Below the pieces are notes generated by a model, which saw nothing but the letters and a program-made list of their open reading frames with translations, ran no database searches and was not told the origin of the DNA. From positions 44,748 through 108,747 of the forward strand of contig CAYQCW010000002.1 in assembly GCA_964416155.1 (NCBI GenBank): DNA of 64,000 bases, in the 5' to 3' direction. Positions 18,975 to 28,902 of this stretch are shown here, one piece after another. Origin of the DNA: an uncultured Nitrososphaerota archaeon (lineage in GTDB: Archaea > Thermoproteota > EX4484-205 > JAAOZP01). The position numbers and the translations under genes were made by a program. The first letter of the stretch is position 1, and each line of letters starts with the position of its first letter.

Positions 18975-19422
18975 ATGGAGATACTTCCTGGAGTTCACTG
19001 GGTTGAAGGCGTAAACGCTAACCCTTATCTCCTAACACGCGTTGACGGAAAAATAGTCGTCGACGACACTGACATGCCTGTGATGCGAAGAAAATCTTGG
19101 AATACTTGTCTACGAAAATCAACAAGGATCCGAAAGATCTTAAAACAATCCTGCTAACGCACTGTCATCCTGAGCGCGCGCTATGCTGGAAGCGCCTGAG
19201 TTAAAGGAGTCGACTGGTGCAAAGATAGTTATCCATAAGGACGATGCTGATTACGTTGCCGGGAGAAAGAAGCTTCCTCCAATCAAAAGACCTGTACGCC
19301 CAGAAATCTCCCGCTTTCCTCCCCCTCCTCCTACCGTGCGAAAGTACTTTCAAGCCTCCACCTGCCATGGTCGTCTTAGAGATTACGCGCGCTATCAAAC
19401 ATACTGGTATTGTGTTCTTTAA
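18975..19422 (+). pseudogene. MBL-fold metallo-hydrolase pseudogene
   Basis: MEILPGVHWV..NPYL..VDTDMP; frameshift; ILLTHCHP with the DH of HxHxDH broken at 19174; then ELKESTGAKIVIHKDDADY; truncated. Confidence 0.8.
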
Positions 19423-20255
19423 ACCATTAGCTGCGGGAATTTTTTCCTTAACCAGTTGACTGTCTCGTCAACAGCCTTGTCGATTGGCAAAGCGTGCCCC
19501 GAGTCATGCACGACAAGCTGCTTCGGCTCCTTAGCTTTCTCGAACAGTTTCATACCGTTTTTAAAGGGAACAATATCATCATGCTTACCCAGCTGAATCA
19601 ACAAGGGTCTTGGAGACACCTTGTCGATATAGTTTATCGGGTCGACTGGTGCAAGAAACGGTTTAACAAAGCTTAGCAGTTCAGGAGGAATTTTACTCCT
19701 TAGTTCAACCAGCATCGGCACGTTGCTCTCAGACAGTATTTCAACGAGATCCCCGCCTGGAACGTAAAGCACAGCACCGCTAATCCTCTTGTCCACCCCC
19801 GCCACCACGCCTCCAAGTATTCCCCCCATGCTTGCCCCCGTGAGAATGAGCTTCCCCTCTTCAACCCAATGGTTTCTAAAAGCAATGTCTATCGCAAGCC
19901 TGTTGTCAACTATTGTTTTACCTAAGTATGCGATCAACAGCTCCGGCTTAAAGTTTTCAGGATTCAGCTTCCTATCTCCATGCCCCCTAGCGTCAATCGC
20001 CATTATCGAGAAGCCAAAGTTCTCCACAAATGTTTTAAAGTATAGAACATCCTCCTTACTGCCGCCTAGGCCGTGTAGAAACAGCAATAGTTTGCGAGAC
20101 GGGCCTGCCGGGTGGTGTACAGCCAAGCCCGGAATATCCTCGTCATACCCAATTATTTTAAACCTGTTTAAAACAACCTCTTTGACTTCCCTGCTAACTT
20201 CAACATAATCAATTTTCCCACGGGCTTTCCCATAAGCCTCCTCGTGAGACTCCAT
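19419..20255 (-). CDS. Alpha/beta-fold hydrolase
   Basis: FLHGLGG, DARGHG, nucleophile GASMG, HDDIVP, DSGH; ATG 20255 preferred. Confidence 0.9.
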   Translation of the reverse strand: MESHEEAYGKARGKIDYVEVSREVKEVVLNRFKIIGYDEDIPGLAVHHPAGPSRKLLLFLHGLGGSKEDVLYFKTFVENFGFSIMAIDARGHGDRKLNPENFKPELLIAYLGKTIVDNRLAIDIAFRNHWVEEGKLILTGASMGGILGGVVAGVDKRISGAVLYVPGGDLVEILSESNVPMLVELRSKIPPELLSFVKPFLAPVDPINYIDKVSPRPLLIQLGKHDDIVPFKNGMKLFEKAKEPKQLVVHDSGHALPIDKAVDETVNWLRKKFPQLMV

Positions 20256-20319
20256 GCTGCCTGCAGACTTCTCGGAGATTAATAAAGTTTTTACATTACT
20301 GAGGAAAAGCAACTAGGGC

Positions 20320-21024
20320 TCAGGCTAAAAAATTCAGAATTGAAAATGCTTCGGGAATAAAAAAGTAGAACAGCATCAGGATTAGAAAGGCGGAGATTGG
20401 GACAGTTATGTTATCATCTATAGGGCCGAATTCGAAGTGCTCGATTACGCTGCTGAACAACCCGGCGACGACACCGGGCAGCGCGAGCTTTAAACCTATT
20501 ATGACGTTGACGATGGCCATAGCCAGGTTTCCCCACCAAGACTTTGTGCGCCTCTTGAACATCGCGTTCCTGACAAGCCCGGTTACAGCATCCCCAAGCG
20601 CCATGAACATTATAGGTATTACTCCGAACCAGAAGTTTCCACCAGCAAACCCACCGGTGAAGAGCCAGCCTGCGGTAAGTATCAGCCCCCAGCTCAGGCA
20701 GAAGTGAACCTCATAAGCATTGTCACTAGTTTGAAACCAGTACATAGGCTTTTTAAGAAGATGAGGGATGAGTGTGAAAATCCCTAGAACCATTGAGAGG
20801 ATTAACGGGTAGAAGGGTGTGCTGAAAGTAAAGGGTACAAGGTAGCCTATTAACCCGCCTGCGAGAATATGGATTATCTTCCTATTGTAGTAGATTGCCG
20901 CACCTTCAGGAACCTTCTTAACAAGAATCTTGTAACACAGATAGGTTAAGACCCCGACGACGAACAATACCCATATGAAGAATATGCCGGCGTACAGTCC
21001 TTCTATCACTAGGGTTTCAAGCAA
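20320..21024 (-). CDS. Dolichol/phytol kinase family membrane protein
   Basis: RKIIHILAGG, LGDAVTGLV, KSWWG, IDDNITVP. Confidence 0.85.
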   Translation of the reverse strand: MLETLVIEGLYAGIFFIWVLFVVGVLTYLCYKILVKKVPEGAAIYYNRKIIHILAGGLIGYLVPFTFSTPFYPLILSMVLGIFTLIPHLLKKPMYWFQTSDNAYEVHFCLSWGLILTAGWLFTGGFAGGNFWFGVIPIMFMALGDAVTGLVRNAMFKRRTKSWWGNLAMAIVNVIIGLKLALPGVVAGLFSSVIEHFEFGPIDDNITVPISAFLILMLFYFFIPEAFSILNFLA

Positions 21025-21142
21025 TTTGACTAACTTGTTTTTTGAGGCTTAAAACTGTTTTTCACTGTAGATAAAATTTAAACGACATTTGTCTAACTTC
21101 TTTAGAAAGGAGCAAGCATAACCTTTTTACCGGAATAAACCC

Positions 21143-21604
21143 CTAAATAGAAATGGTGAAATCCTCTTTAACCACGGTTAAGACGAAGTGAGTATTGGTT
21201 CTCTCAACGTTCGGCATTGACAGAATCCTCTTAGTAAACCTGCTTAACTCGGCAGAGTTTCTAAACTTGCTTATCACTATAGCGTCAACATCTCCCGTGA
21301 CATCGTAGACCGCGCAGACACCTGGGAGTTCGGCCAGCGTCTTCTCCACCTCCACAAGCTTACCTTTTGAAACCCTTATCTCCGTCACACTGGTAACTGA
21401 GAAACCAAGCTTCTCATAGTCAATGCTTAAAGTATATTTTTTCAAAACATTGTTTTCCTCCATTCTTCTAATTCTGGCTAGAACTGTTCCAGGAGCGACT
21501 CCAAGCTCTTTAGCTATTTTCCTGTACGACATTCTGGAATCAGCCATAAGCTTTCTAAGTATCTTAAGATCAAGTTCGTCTAAAGCCGGCTCGCTTGAAG
21601 GCAT
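21143..21604 (-). CDS. Lrp/AsnC family transcriptional regulator
   Basis: LDELDLKIL..L..DSR.SY..IA; RAM domain VYDVTGDVD. Confidence 0.95.
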   Translation of the reverse strand: MPSSEPALDELDLKILRKLMADSRMSYRKIAKELGVAPGTVLARIRRMEENNVLKKYTLSIDYEKLGFSVTSVTEIRVSKGKLVEVEKTLAELPGVCAVYDVTGDVDAIVISKFRNSAELSRFTKRILSMPNVERTNTHFVLTVVKEDFTISI

Positions 21605-21648
21605 GGTTGATTATATGAGTGCAAGGTTATAAAAGTTTACCAACCACC

Positions 21649-22857
21649 TTATTCAACTTTTCCCAGAGTCTTTTCAATGAAGCCTTGGAGAATGTTCTCA
21701 TACTCCGTCAAGTCTCTTCCGCCCGGATAGTTAACGTATTCACAGACATACGGAGTCTCGAATCCAGCCTCGCTGAGTCTCGACGAAAGCTGGCTTGCCG
21801 CTGTCCCTCCCCAAAGCTTCGTCACAGTTACGGCTGCAAGCTTTCCAACACCCATTTTCTTAATCCTGAGAAGCTCAACAATATTGCTTAAAGGCGGAAA
21901 CACGTTTCCCTCGTAGGTTGGGGTTATGAAGACCACGCCCGCTGAATCAACAATGTCGCTTAAAACACTGTTTACACTGCTATTCACACAGCTGTGGAAA
22001 GCAACCTCGTCAACCCTATTCTTAATGATGCTGCATGCGAACCTTGCGAGCCGCTCGGTGAAGCCGTACATAGACCCGTAAACCACCGTCACTTTCCTCT
22101 TGCTTCTCAACCCGCACCAGGATGTTAACTCTTCAACAACCTCAGGTATCCTGCTTCTTAAAACAATTCCGTGGGCAGGAGCGATAAGCCTCAGGCTTAA
22201 GCCGAGCCTACTAATCTTGTCAAGAGCCTTCAGAACCATCTGCCTATAGGCTGCGACGACCGTTGCGAAATACTCTTTAGCATTACGCCTATACTGTTCG
22301 AAATCCGCCTCATCGTCGAAAACAGGCTTCTCAAGAGCGCCGAAAGCCCCGAAGGCATCGGAGCTGAACAGGACCCCCTCGTCCTCAAGGTAGAGGAGCA
22401 TCGTATCCGGCCAGTGTATCCAGGGAAGCTCAATCACCCGGAGCGCTCTCCCCCCAACCCTTATAATGTCCCCATCCTTAACAACCCTTGTTTCAACGTT
22501 AAACATGCTCCTCATTAAGGCGGAGGCTCTTAGCGTAGAGTATAGCAGGGGGTTGCTGAATCTGTTTGAAAGCTCTCCGATGAGGCCGCTGTGGTCCGGC
22601 TCCGTGTGGAGCACCGCGACATGTTTTATGCGGCTTGGATCAGCAACCTGTTCGAGAAGACTTATAAATTCTTCAACAGCATAAACGTTTTTGGAAGAAT
22701 CTATCAGCAGGCATTCATCGCCGTCGGCAACCAGGTAAGCATTGTAGTTAACCCCGGCGGGTATTGGCCACATGTTTTCGAAAAGCCTAGTCTCATAGTC
22801 AGGCATGCTCAGCCAGTAAACCCCTCTGCCGATAATCCTCCAAGACGAGGTATGCAT
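21649..22857 (-). CDS. fprA: Flavodiiron protein (FprA/NorV family)
   Basis: GVNYNAYLV, HTEPDH, IHWPD, SSDAFG, PAHG; flavodoxin domain YGSMYGFTE. Confidence 0.92.
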   Translation of the reverse strand: MHTSSWRIIGRGVYWLSMPDYETRLFENMWPIPAGVNYNAYLVADGDECLLIDSSKNVYAVEEFISLLEQVADPSRIKHVAVLHTEPDHSGLIGELSNRFSNPLLYSTLRASALMRSMFNVETRVVKDGDIIRVGGRALRVIELPWIHWPDTMLLYLEDEGVLFSSDAFGAFGALEKPVFDDEADFEQYRRNAKEYFATVVAAYRQMVLKALDKISRLGLSLRLIAPAHGIVLRSRIPEVVEELTSWCGLRSKRKVTVVYGSMYGFTERLARFACSIIKNRVDEVAFHSCVNSSVNSVLSDIVDSAGVVFITPTYEGNVFPPLSNIVELLRIKKMGVGKLAAVTVTKLWGGTAASQLSSRLSEAGFETPYVCEYVNYPGGRDLTEYENILQGFIEKTLGKVE

Positions 22858-22870
22858 GCTGGGCTTTCCT

Positions 22871-24223
22871 TCAAAAACGCTTTAAAAGTTTTCCCCATAT
22901 CGAGGCCTCTGCGCGTCGACGAGGCTTCTGCTTAACCCTTGTTAACATAACCGTGCTGACGGTGGAGAATAATGCTGAAGCTAGGAAGGCCAGCGGGTAA
23001 CCGTATTTCTCAATAACAAGCCCACCGATAATGGGAGCAATCGCCTGCGAGGGGGCTCTGAGAGCACTGTTTAAACCTATGTATGTCGGCCTATCCTCCT
23101 CCGGGGCCATCTCCATCAGCAGAGGGAAGCTTGAAACCATGAAAGAGCTGAAAGACGCTCCCGAGAGGGCAAAAACCAACAGGAAATAGCTTGGGGAACC
23201 GGCAAGAAGCGCGGTGAGGGTCGCTAAGACGCCCGCTACACCTCCTCCTACGAGAACTGTCTTATGTCCGTATCTTTCCTGAATAACCCCCCAGAGTATA
23301 TTGGCGAGTATCTGCGTCCCGACGAGTACAGACGTGAACAATCCTATTTCGAAGCCGCTTGCCTTAAACCTGTCTATGGCGTACGCCGTGTAGAATGAAG
23401 AGGCTATCCCCCCGAAGGAACCGATTATTCCAGATGCCGTGTAAAACACGTAGTTTCTATCGTTCTTAATGATTCTCGGAATCTTGCCGAAGTATTCTCT
23501 GATGCTGCCCGGGTTAGCCACTACGTTCGACGGCGGCTCATCTATGAACGTGATGTCCAGCCAGGATATTGCTACGAGTATAAACGCTGTTAGGAAGCAC
23601 ATGGCATAGTTTACAGGGTATTTGAAGAAATTCATGTAGAAAGCCACTGCGACGCCGCTCGCCAGCCCTAAAACTGACGAGACAAGGTTTGCGGTTGCGA
23701 AGAAGAAGCCCCTCTTCTCCTCAGGAATCGTCTTAGCAACAATATCTAGCCAAGCGGTGGTGCAGAGGCCGGAAGAAACGTTTATCGTAATGTACGACGC
23801 GTAGAATATAAGCAGGGCTAATAAAGGTTCTCTTCCGGCAAGAAGGATTGTTGAAAAAACAACTATGAGCCACGGTATTCTTTCACCAGGAGTTATTCTC
23901 AGTAGAAAAGGCTTCTTATACTTCCTCATCTCTATTCTTCCGGCCGAAACCAGTTGGAAAAAATTCCATCCTAAAACCGATATTGTTGTGACTAATCCAA
24001 CAGCTATCTTAGAGTCGGTGAGGCTCATTATGAAGGCGGGCAGGACAGTAGATATAGAAACGAAGTTCATCGCTGAACCATACGTCATCCAGTCTATTAG
24101 GAGGACTAGAAGATTTCTTCTATATCTTTTTTCCGACGCCTTTTCGTCAAGCAGCCCAGCCATCTGTGAATGGCTCCAGCATAAAAAACCGAATTTAAAT
24201 ACGTTTTCCCACCTTAATTCCAC
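22871..24223 (-). CDS. MFS transporter
   Basis: About 12 TMs; IPEEKRG, APEEDRPTYIG. Confidence 0.88.
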   Translation of the reverse strand: MELRWENVFKFGFLCWSHSQMAGLLDEKASEKRYRRNLLVLLIDWMTYGSAMNFVSISTVLPAFIMSLTDSKIAVGLVTTISVLGWNFFQLVSAGRIEMRKYKKPFLLRITPGERIPWLIVVFSTILLAGREPLLALLIFYASYITINVSSGLCTTAWLDIVAKTIPEEKRGFFFATANLVSSVLGLASGVAVAFYMNFFKYPVNYAMCFLTAFILVAISWLDITFIDEPPSNVVANPGSIREYFGKIPRIIKNDRNYVFYTASGIIGSFGGIASSFYTAYAIDRFKASGFEIGLFTSVLVGTQILANILWGVIQERYGHKTVLVGGGVAGVLATLTALLAGSPSYFLLVFALSGASFSSFMVSSFPLLMEMAPEEDRPTYIGLNSALRAPSQAIAPIIGGLVIEKYGYPLAFLASALFSTVSTVMLTRVKQKPRRRAEASIWGKLLKRF

Positions 24224-24331
24224 TTTGACATCCTCCTACTGAAGCGAGAGGCTCCCGGTTCGTGTGCTATTATTACTCAAATAAATATGCGCTAAAAACC
24301 TATTTCATACTCTCGGAACAGTGTCACCGAA

Positions 24332-24871
24332 ATGCCTCATGTGAAAACAAGAGGATGCATAATAAGGCTTGTGAAAGGCGATATTACGAGGCTTAGGGTC
24401 GACGCGATCGTTAACGCTGCTAACAGCTGGCTGAGACACGGAGGCGGGTTAGCGGCTGCGATAGTCAGGGCAGGGGGAAAGATTATTCAGGAGGAGAGCA
24501 CCAGGATAGTTGAGCAGAGGGGGCTGGTGAAGGCTGGGGAGGCGGTCTACACCACGGCGGGCTCCCTGGATGCGAAGTACGTCATCCACACTGTTGGCCC
24601 AAGAATGGGAGAGGGCGACGAGGATGAGAAGCTTCGGAATGCTACGCTTAACAGCCTGAAGCTGGCGGAGCAGCTTGGTTTAAGCTCAATAGCGTTCCCA
24701 GCAATATCCACAGGCGTATTCGGCTATCCTAAGGATAGGTGCGCGCAGGTAATGCTGAGGACGATTAAGGAATACGTTTCCTCAGGAGGGAAGATTATGG
24801 AAATCATACTTTGCCTATACGACGATGAAACATACAAGGTTTTTGAAGAAACACTCTGGAAAAATTTTTAA
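24332..24871 (+). CDS. Macro domain (ADP-ribose binding/hydrolase) protein
   Basis: GDIT, DAIVNAAN, GGG, VIHTVGP, SIAFPAISTGVFGYP. Confidence 0.95.
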   Translation: MPHVKTRGCIIRLVKGDITRLRVDAIVNAANSWLRHGGGLAAAIVRAGGKIIQEESTRIVEQRGLVKAGEAVYTTAGSLDAKYVIHTVGPRMGEGDEDEKLRNATLNSLKLAEQLGLSSIAFPAISTGVFGYPKDRCAQVMLRTIKEYVSSGGKIMEIILCLYDDETYKVFEETLWKNF

Positions 24872-24952
24872 TAAAGCAATTTACAGGATCACCAGATGAG
24901 GAATGGAGGTGATCTCTGAATAATGATGAGGAACTCCATTCTGACTAGGAGC

Positions 24953-25777
24953 CTAATTAGCGCTTCTGAAGGCTCGAATTATTTCTTTGCCAAGGCTTCT
25001 TGAACATGCTGCTACAACCGTGCTTTTCGAGACGGGCACCAGCCTAACATCAAGATCCTCCGCCTCACCGTTCAACAACACTCCTCCAGCCTCCCTCACT
25101 ATTAGAAACGCTGCTACGAAGTCGAGGCTCCTAAGAAAGCCCCTTAGATCCACGAAGGCGTCAGCCGCCCCCGAGGCCACTAGGCATATTTCAAGCGCGT
25201 CAGTACCTAATGATCTAACGTGCCTAGCTTTCTCAATTATGCTTGACATCTTGGTAACGTAGCCCGGCAGTCTTCCCCGGACGTTCAAGTCAACAGCTAT
25301 CAGAGCCTCCTCGATTCTCTCCACGTTTGAAACCCTTATCCTACGGCCGTTTAAGAATGCCCCGTGATTCTTCTCAGCGGAGTAAAGGTCGCCTGTTAAA
25401 AGATTGATAACTCCGGAGCATATCACGTCGCTAAGGTTTTCCCCCTCAGCAACCCCTATTGAACAGCTGTAACACGGGTATCCTCTTGAAGCGTTGAAAC
25501 TCCCGTCAACAGGGTCGACGATTATTAAAGGAGGGCCCCCGCCTCCGATCTCCACCAGCCCGGCTTCCTCACTAACCAACGTGGCGTCTTTAAAGAAGAA
25601 CCTGGTTGTTTCGAAAACCACCTCTTCAGCAACCCTGTCCACCATGAAAGTCTGGTCTCCAAAAGGGTTTATCGCGACTCTTTCACGGATGGACTGCTCG
25701 TTCATCCCCCTAATCTTTTCAAAACACTTTTTCAAAGCCTTCTTAACGTATTCAGAATACTTGCTCTCCATTGACAC
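24953..25777 (-). CDS. suhB: Inositol monophosphatase / FBPase class IV
   Basis: SEE, IVDPVDGSFN, RSLG, D.VAA.LIVREAGG. Confidence 0.9.
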   Translation of the reverse strand: MSMESKYSEYVKKALKKCFEKIRGMNEQSIRERVAINPFGDQTFMVDRVAEEVVFETTRFFFKDATLVSEEAGLVEIGGGGPPLIIVDPVDGSFNASRGYPCYSCSIGVAEGENLSDVICSGVINLLTGDLYSAEKNHGAFLNGRRIRVSNVERIEEALIAVDLNVRGRLPGYVTKMSSIIEKARHVRSLGTDALEICLVASGAADAFVDLRGFLRSLDFVAAFLIVREAGGVLLNGEAEDLDVRLVPVSKSTVVAACSRSLGKEIIRAFRSAN

Positions 25778-25924
25778 TTGGCTTTAACCTCCTGTTTTAA
25801 AGCTTCCCCCTTTGGCTTAAAAAGCCAATCAGGCGGAGGCAGCTTTTCAACCCCGTTATACCCTGGGAAGGGTGCTGCGAGATAATGTTTTAATCTCTCC
25901 TTCCGCCACATCCATATCAGGCTG

Positions 25925-26446
25925 ATGACCAGCCCGGCGGAGAAGCAAAAGTATTTCATGAGAGTAGAGGCATATTTTAGGAATGAGCCCGGCGGATACC
26001 TGCCCGTGCTGGTTGAATCCCTTAAAAACATTTCTAAACACGTTTCAACAAGGTTCCGCACAGAGGTTTACGAGGATTTCAGCATGACGCTTTTCCACGA
26101 GGAGGAGCTTGAGAAAACCCTGCATGCTTCACTCCATTTCTCCGGCTTTAGAAACCCTTTGACTGCTGACAGAATTGTCGACAGTATTCTTGAGCTATGC
26201 GAACATGTTGAAGCCTATTTTACCGTTAGGGGCAGTATCGAACAGTTCCAAGGGCTGGGTGAAAACTTTTTCATCGACGGGGTTGGGGTAAGGGTTTCAA
26301 CCTACCCTGATAAGGGGGTTGTCACGTTTTCCTACAGGCTTTTCAAACCCAACAGGGAGATGAACATGGTTTCAAGGATTCTTTCCATAAAAACAGGGAC
26401 AAGTAAGACTTTTTCAGAAAGGCTGAGAAGCATGCTGAAGCTTTAG
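25925..26446 (+). CDS. Hypothetical protein upstream of crenactin
   Basis: 173-aa ORF of globular composition with an amphipathic-looking C-terminus FSERLRSMLKL; no family recognised. Confidence 0.65.
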   Translation: MTSPAEKQKYFMRVEAYFRNEPGGYLPVLVESLKNISKHVSTRFRTEVYEDFSMTLFHEEELEKTLHASLHFSGFRNPLTADRIVDSILELCEHVEAYFTVRGSIEQFQGLGENFFIDGVGVRVSTYPDKGVVTFSYRLFKPNREMNMVSRILSIKTGTSKTFSERLRSMLKL

Positions 26447-26576
26447 CCCGTGGTTCTGCACTCATTTAGAAACGGTTTAAGCAGGCCCGAAGGCTGAGGG
26501 GCGGGAGTTTTAACGCTGCACCAGTAGTTTTTTAAATAGTTTAAGGGAAGCATTAGTAGAAGAGTGTGAAGGAGGA

Positions 26577-27845
26577 TTGTCCGAGACGTATAAGCGTTCA
26601 CACGTGCTGGGAATAGATTATGGGACGAGCTTCTTCAAGTACGGCCCGATCTCACTGGGTGAAACACCGGAGCTGACGGAGAACAGGGGGTATTTCCCGG
26701 ATAAGGATTCGATTATGACGAGCATAATGGGCGAGGGCAGGGAGGTTGTAGTGGGCAAGGATATCCCGCTATACTTAGAGGCGAGGGAAGACCTGCCTTC
26801 AAGACTCGTCTACCCTTTTAGAAACGGCGTCATAGATAAAAACGACAGCAGAGCCTGGCAGGTTGTTGAAGAGGTTTCTCGAATGGCTCTGAGAGAGTTC
26901 ACTCCGAAGGAGGAGGGTTTCACCGGTTTCTATGTTGTAGCCTCCCTGTCAGCAGTCGCACCGAGATACATGTATGAAAAGCTGTTCGACATCTACAGGA
27001 GGATTGATTCGGAGGAACACACTATTGCAGCGGCCACGATAATCCCTCAGCCCCTGGCGGTCGCGATATCCCATAAGGTTCCGACGAGCGTCGTCGTAGA
27101 GTCTGGGCATGGCAACACGCAGATAACCCCGATCTCAAGATACCCTATTAGAACAGCCATCATCGCCCTGAACAGGGGTGGGGGAGACGCTAACTCGATA
27201 ACGGCAGAGATATTGAAGGACAGTGGCTACAGCGACCTCGCTAAGGAGGAGACTGTTGTCAGACAGGTGAAGGAGCAGGTTGGCCTGGTGCCCAGGAGGC
27301 TGGAGGAGGCGATACGGTTTGGAAAGGAGAACCCGGATAGGCTTGCCGTAGTGATAAACATACCTGGAACCAGGCTGAGGATCACGCTTGAGGACAACGG
27401 TTGGCTCAGGTTCCTCATAGGCGAGTATGTTTTCAACCCTAACCATGAGGTTTTCCAAAGCTATTTCGCAAGGGGAATGCCTAGGCCTGGGGATGTTAAG
27501 GTGGGGGACACGTTTTTCCTAGGGATGATTGACATGGCTGAGGCAATAATGCAGTCAATAGAGAAATGCCCGGTTGAGCTTCAACCATACTTATACAGGC
27601 AGATAATACTCTCCGGCGGGAACTTCGAGTGGAGAGTCCCTCCGGGTCTAGAAAACATGTGTGTAAACTCGGTTGAAAAGATTAAGATAATGCTCAGCGA
27701 GAAAGGAGTTTCGGAAGCAAGAGTCGTGATGGCGAACTCCCCGAAGTATTCTGTTTGGAGAGGGTGCATAGTTTACGGTTATGCTGTTCCAGAGGGTTTC
27801 AAGTGGAGCTGGGACAGGATGGAGGGATGGATGAGGTTCAGATGA
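26577..27845 (+). CDS. Crenactin (archaeal actin)
   Basis: GIDYGTSFFKYGPISL, IPQPLAVA, VESGHGNTQ, LNRGG, RFLIGE.VF.PNHE, IILSGG.F.WRVPPG, YSVWRG and EGW follow Pyrobaculum crenactin as I recall it; SD gaaggagg precedes the TTG. Confidence 0.93.
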   Translation: MSETYKRSHVLGIDYGTSFFKYGPISLGETPELTENRGYFPDKDSIMTSIMGEGREVVVGKDIPLYLEAREDLPSRLVYPFRNGVIDKNDSRAWQVVEEVSRMALREFTPKEEGFTGFYVVASLSAVAPRYMYEKLFDIYRRIDSEEHTIAAATIIPQPLAVAISHKVPTSVVVESGHGNTQITPISRYPIRTAIIALNRGGGDANSITAEILKDSGYSDLAKEETVVRQVKEQVGLVPRRLEEAIRFGKENPDRLAVVINIPGTRLRITLEDNGWLRFLIGEYVFNPNHEVFQSYFARGMPRPGDVKVGDTFFLGMIDMAEAIMQSIEKCPVELQPYLYRQIILSGGNFEWRVPPGLENMCVNSVEKIKIMLSEKGVSEARVVMANSPKYSVWRGCIVYGYAVPEGFKWSWDRMEGWMRFR

Positions 27846-28507
27846 GCCTCTCCAGAAGGATTATTCAGAGGGTTGAAAAATACTTTTCTAAACAGGGTTT
27901 TCAAGCCACCGACTATGATGAGGAGCATGGTGAACTAGTTTTCTCAAACAGTAGGGAGGAAGCACTGGTGAAAATACTTTTCGAGGAGGAGGCGGACAGA
28001 GTTATTCTCTACGAGGCCCTGGCCTCCGTGCTTGAAAAAGCCAAGGAGTACAGCATGGTTTACGTGGCCGCTCCCCGAATCGTTGGAGAGGATGTGGAGA
28101 CAGCCGCCTTCCTGAAGAAAGGCGTAGGATTAATCTTGTACGATGACTACGGTGCGGAAGAGAAGGTTCCGGCGGAGAACAGGCTCAGGAAGACTGTGAG
28201 CAGGCAGGCTCAGAGGCCTGTTGAAACCCGGTCTCTTGAGAGAAGCCTTGTTAAGATAGAGTCCATGATTAGAGAGCTTTCTGAAAGAGTTGACTCGCTT
28301 GAAAAAGCATACTTCTCACTATTGAGGGAGGTTAGGGAGCTGAGGAGAACAGTTGAGAGGAAAACCATGGTTGCGGAGCAGCCTGTTCAAAAACCATTCT
28401 CCGGCGTGGAGGAACAGGCTGAGACGGTTGAACTCCCGTCCTTCTTAAGAGACAACCCTTGGGTTGAGATCCTGTCGAAAAGATCTGAGGAAAACAGTGA
28501 GGCCTAG
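27842..28507 (+). CDS. Arcadin-2-like crenactin-binding protein
   Basis: ATGA overlap with crenactin; nuclease-like N-domain (VYVAAP..GVGLI), coiled coil, C-terminal helix DNPWVEILSKR resembling arcadin-2 ENEWVKILRSKR. Confidence 0.78.
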   Translation: MSLSRRIIQRVEKYFSKQGFQATDYDEEHGELVFSNSREEALVKILFEEEADRVILYEALASVLEKAKEYSMVYVAAPRIVGEDVETAAFLKKGVGLILYDDYGAEEKVPAENRLRKTVSRQAQRPVETRSLERSLVKIESMIRELSERVDSLEKAYFSLLREVRELRRTVERKTMVAEQPVQKPFSGVEEQAETVELPSFLRDNPWVEILSKRSEENSEA

Positions 28508-28875
28508 TCTTTAAGCCCCTGGAGGCTTTTCTTCAAGACCCTTAGGGGGAGGACTATACACCGGTAGCGAGGGCTTTTAGAATCAGCGTTGAACAGTCTT
28601 AAAAGATCCTCCTCTTTAACGCTAAGCGCCTGCTCAACAGTCTTCCCCTTAACCAGGTCGACGAGTAGAGATGCTGAAGCATTGCAGAAAAGGCATGCCT
28701 CGGAAGTAAACTTAACATCCATAATCCTTTTTCCCTCAAGCTTGAAAAACATTCTCAGCCTGTCTCCGCAAGAATAATCCGTCTCCTCTGAGACGACGTC
28801 AGCGTTCTCAATCACACCGTAGTTAGCGGGGCTTTTAAACCGTTTAAAAAGATCCCGGAGATCCCGCGATTCCAC
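28504..28875 (-). CDS. sufU: IscU/SufU Fe-S scaffold protein
   Basis: PANYG, SCGD, ACLFCNASAS, RYRC. Confidence 0.88.
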   Translation of the reverse strand: MESRDLRDLFKRFKSPANYGVIENADVVSEETDYSCGDRLRMFFKLEGKRIMDVKFTSEACLFCNASASLLVDLVKGKTVEQALSVKEEDLLRLFNADSKSPRYRCIVLPLRVLKKSLQGLKD

Positions 28876-28902
28876 CTTTGTTCTCCACCTGCCATTAAGC
28901 AG

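Noticed and set aside
25732-26061. 109-aa minus-strand ORF upstream of the IMPase
   Set aside because: Overlaps the better 173-aa ORF and the IMPase start; no recognisable motif.
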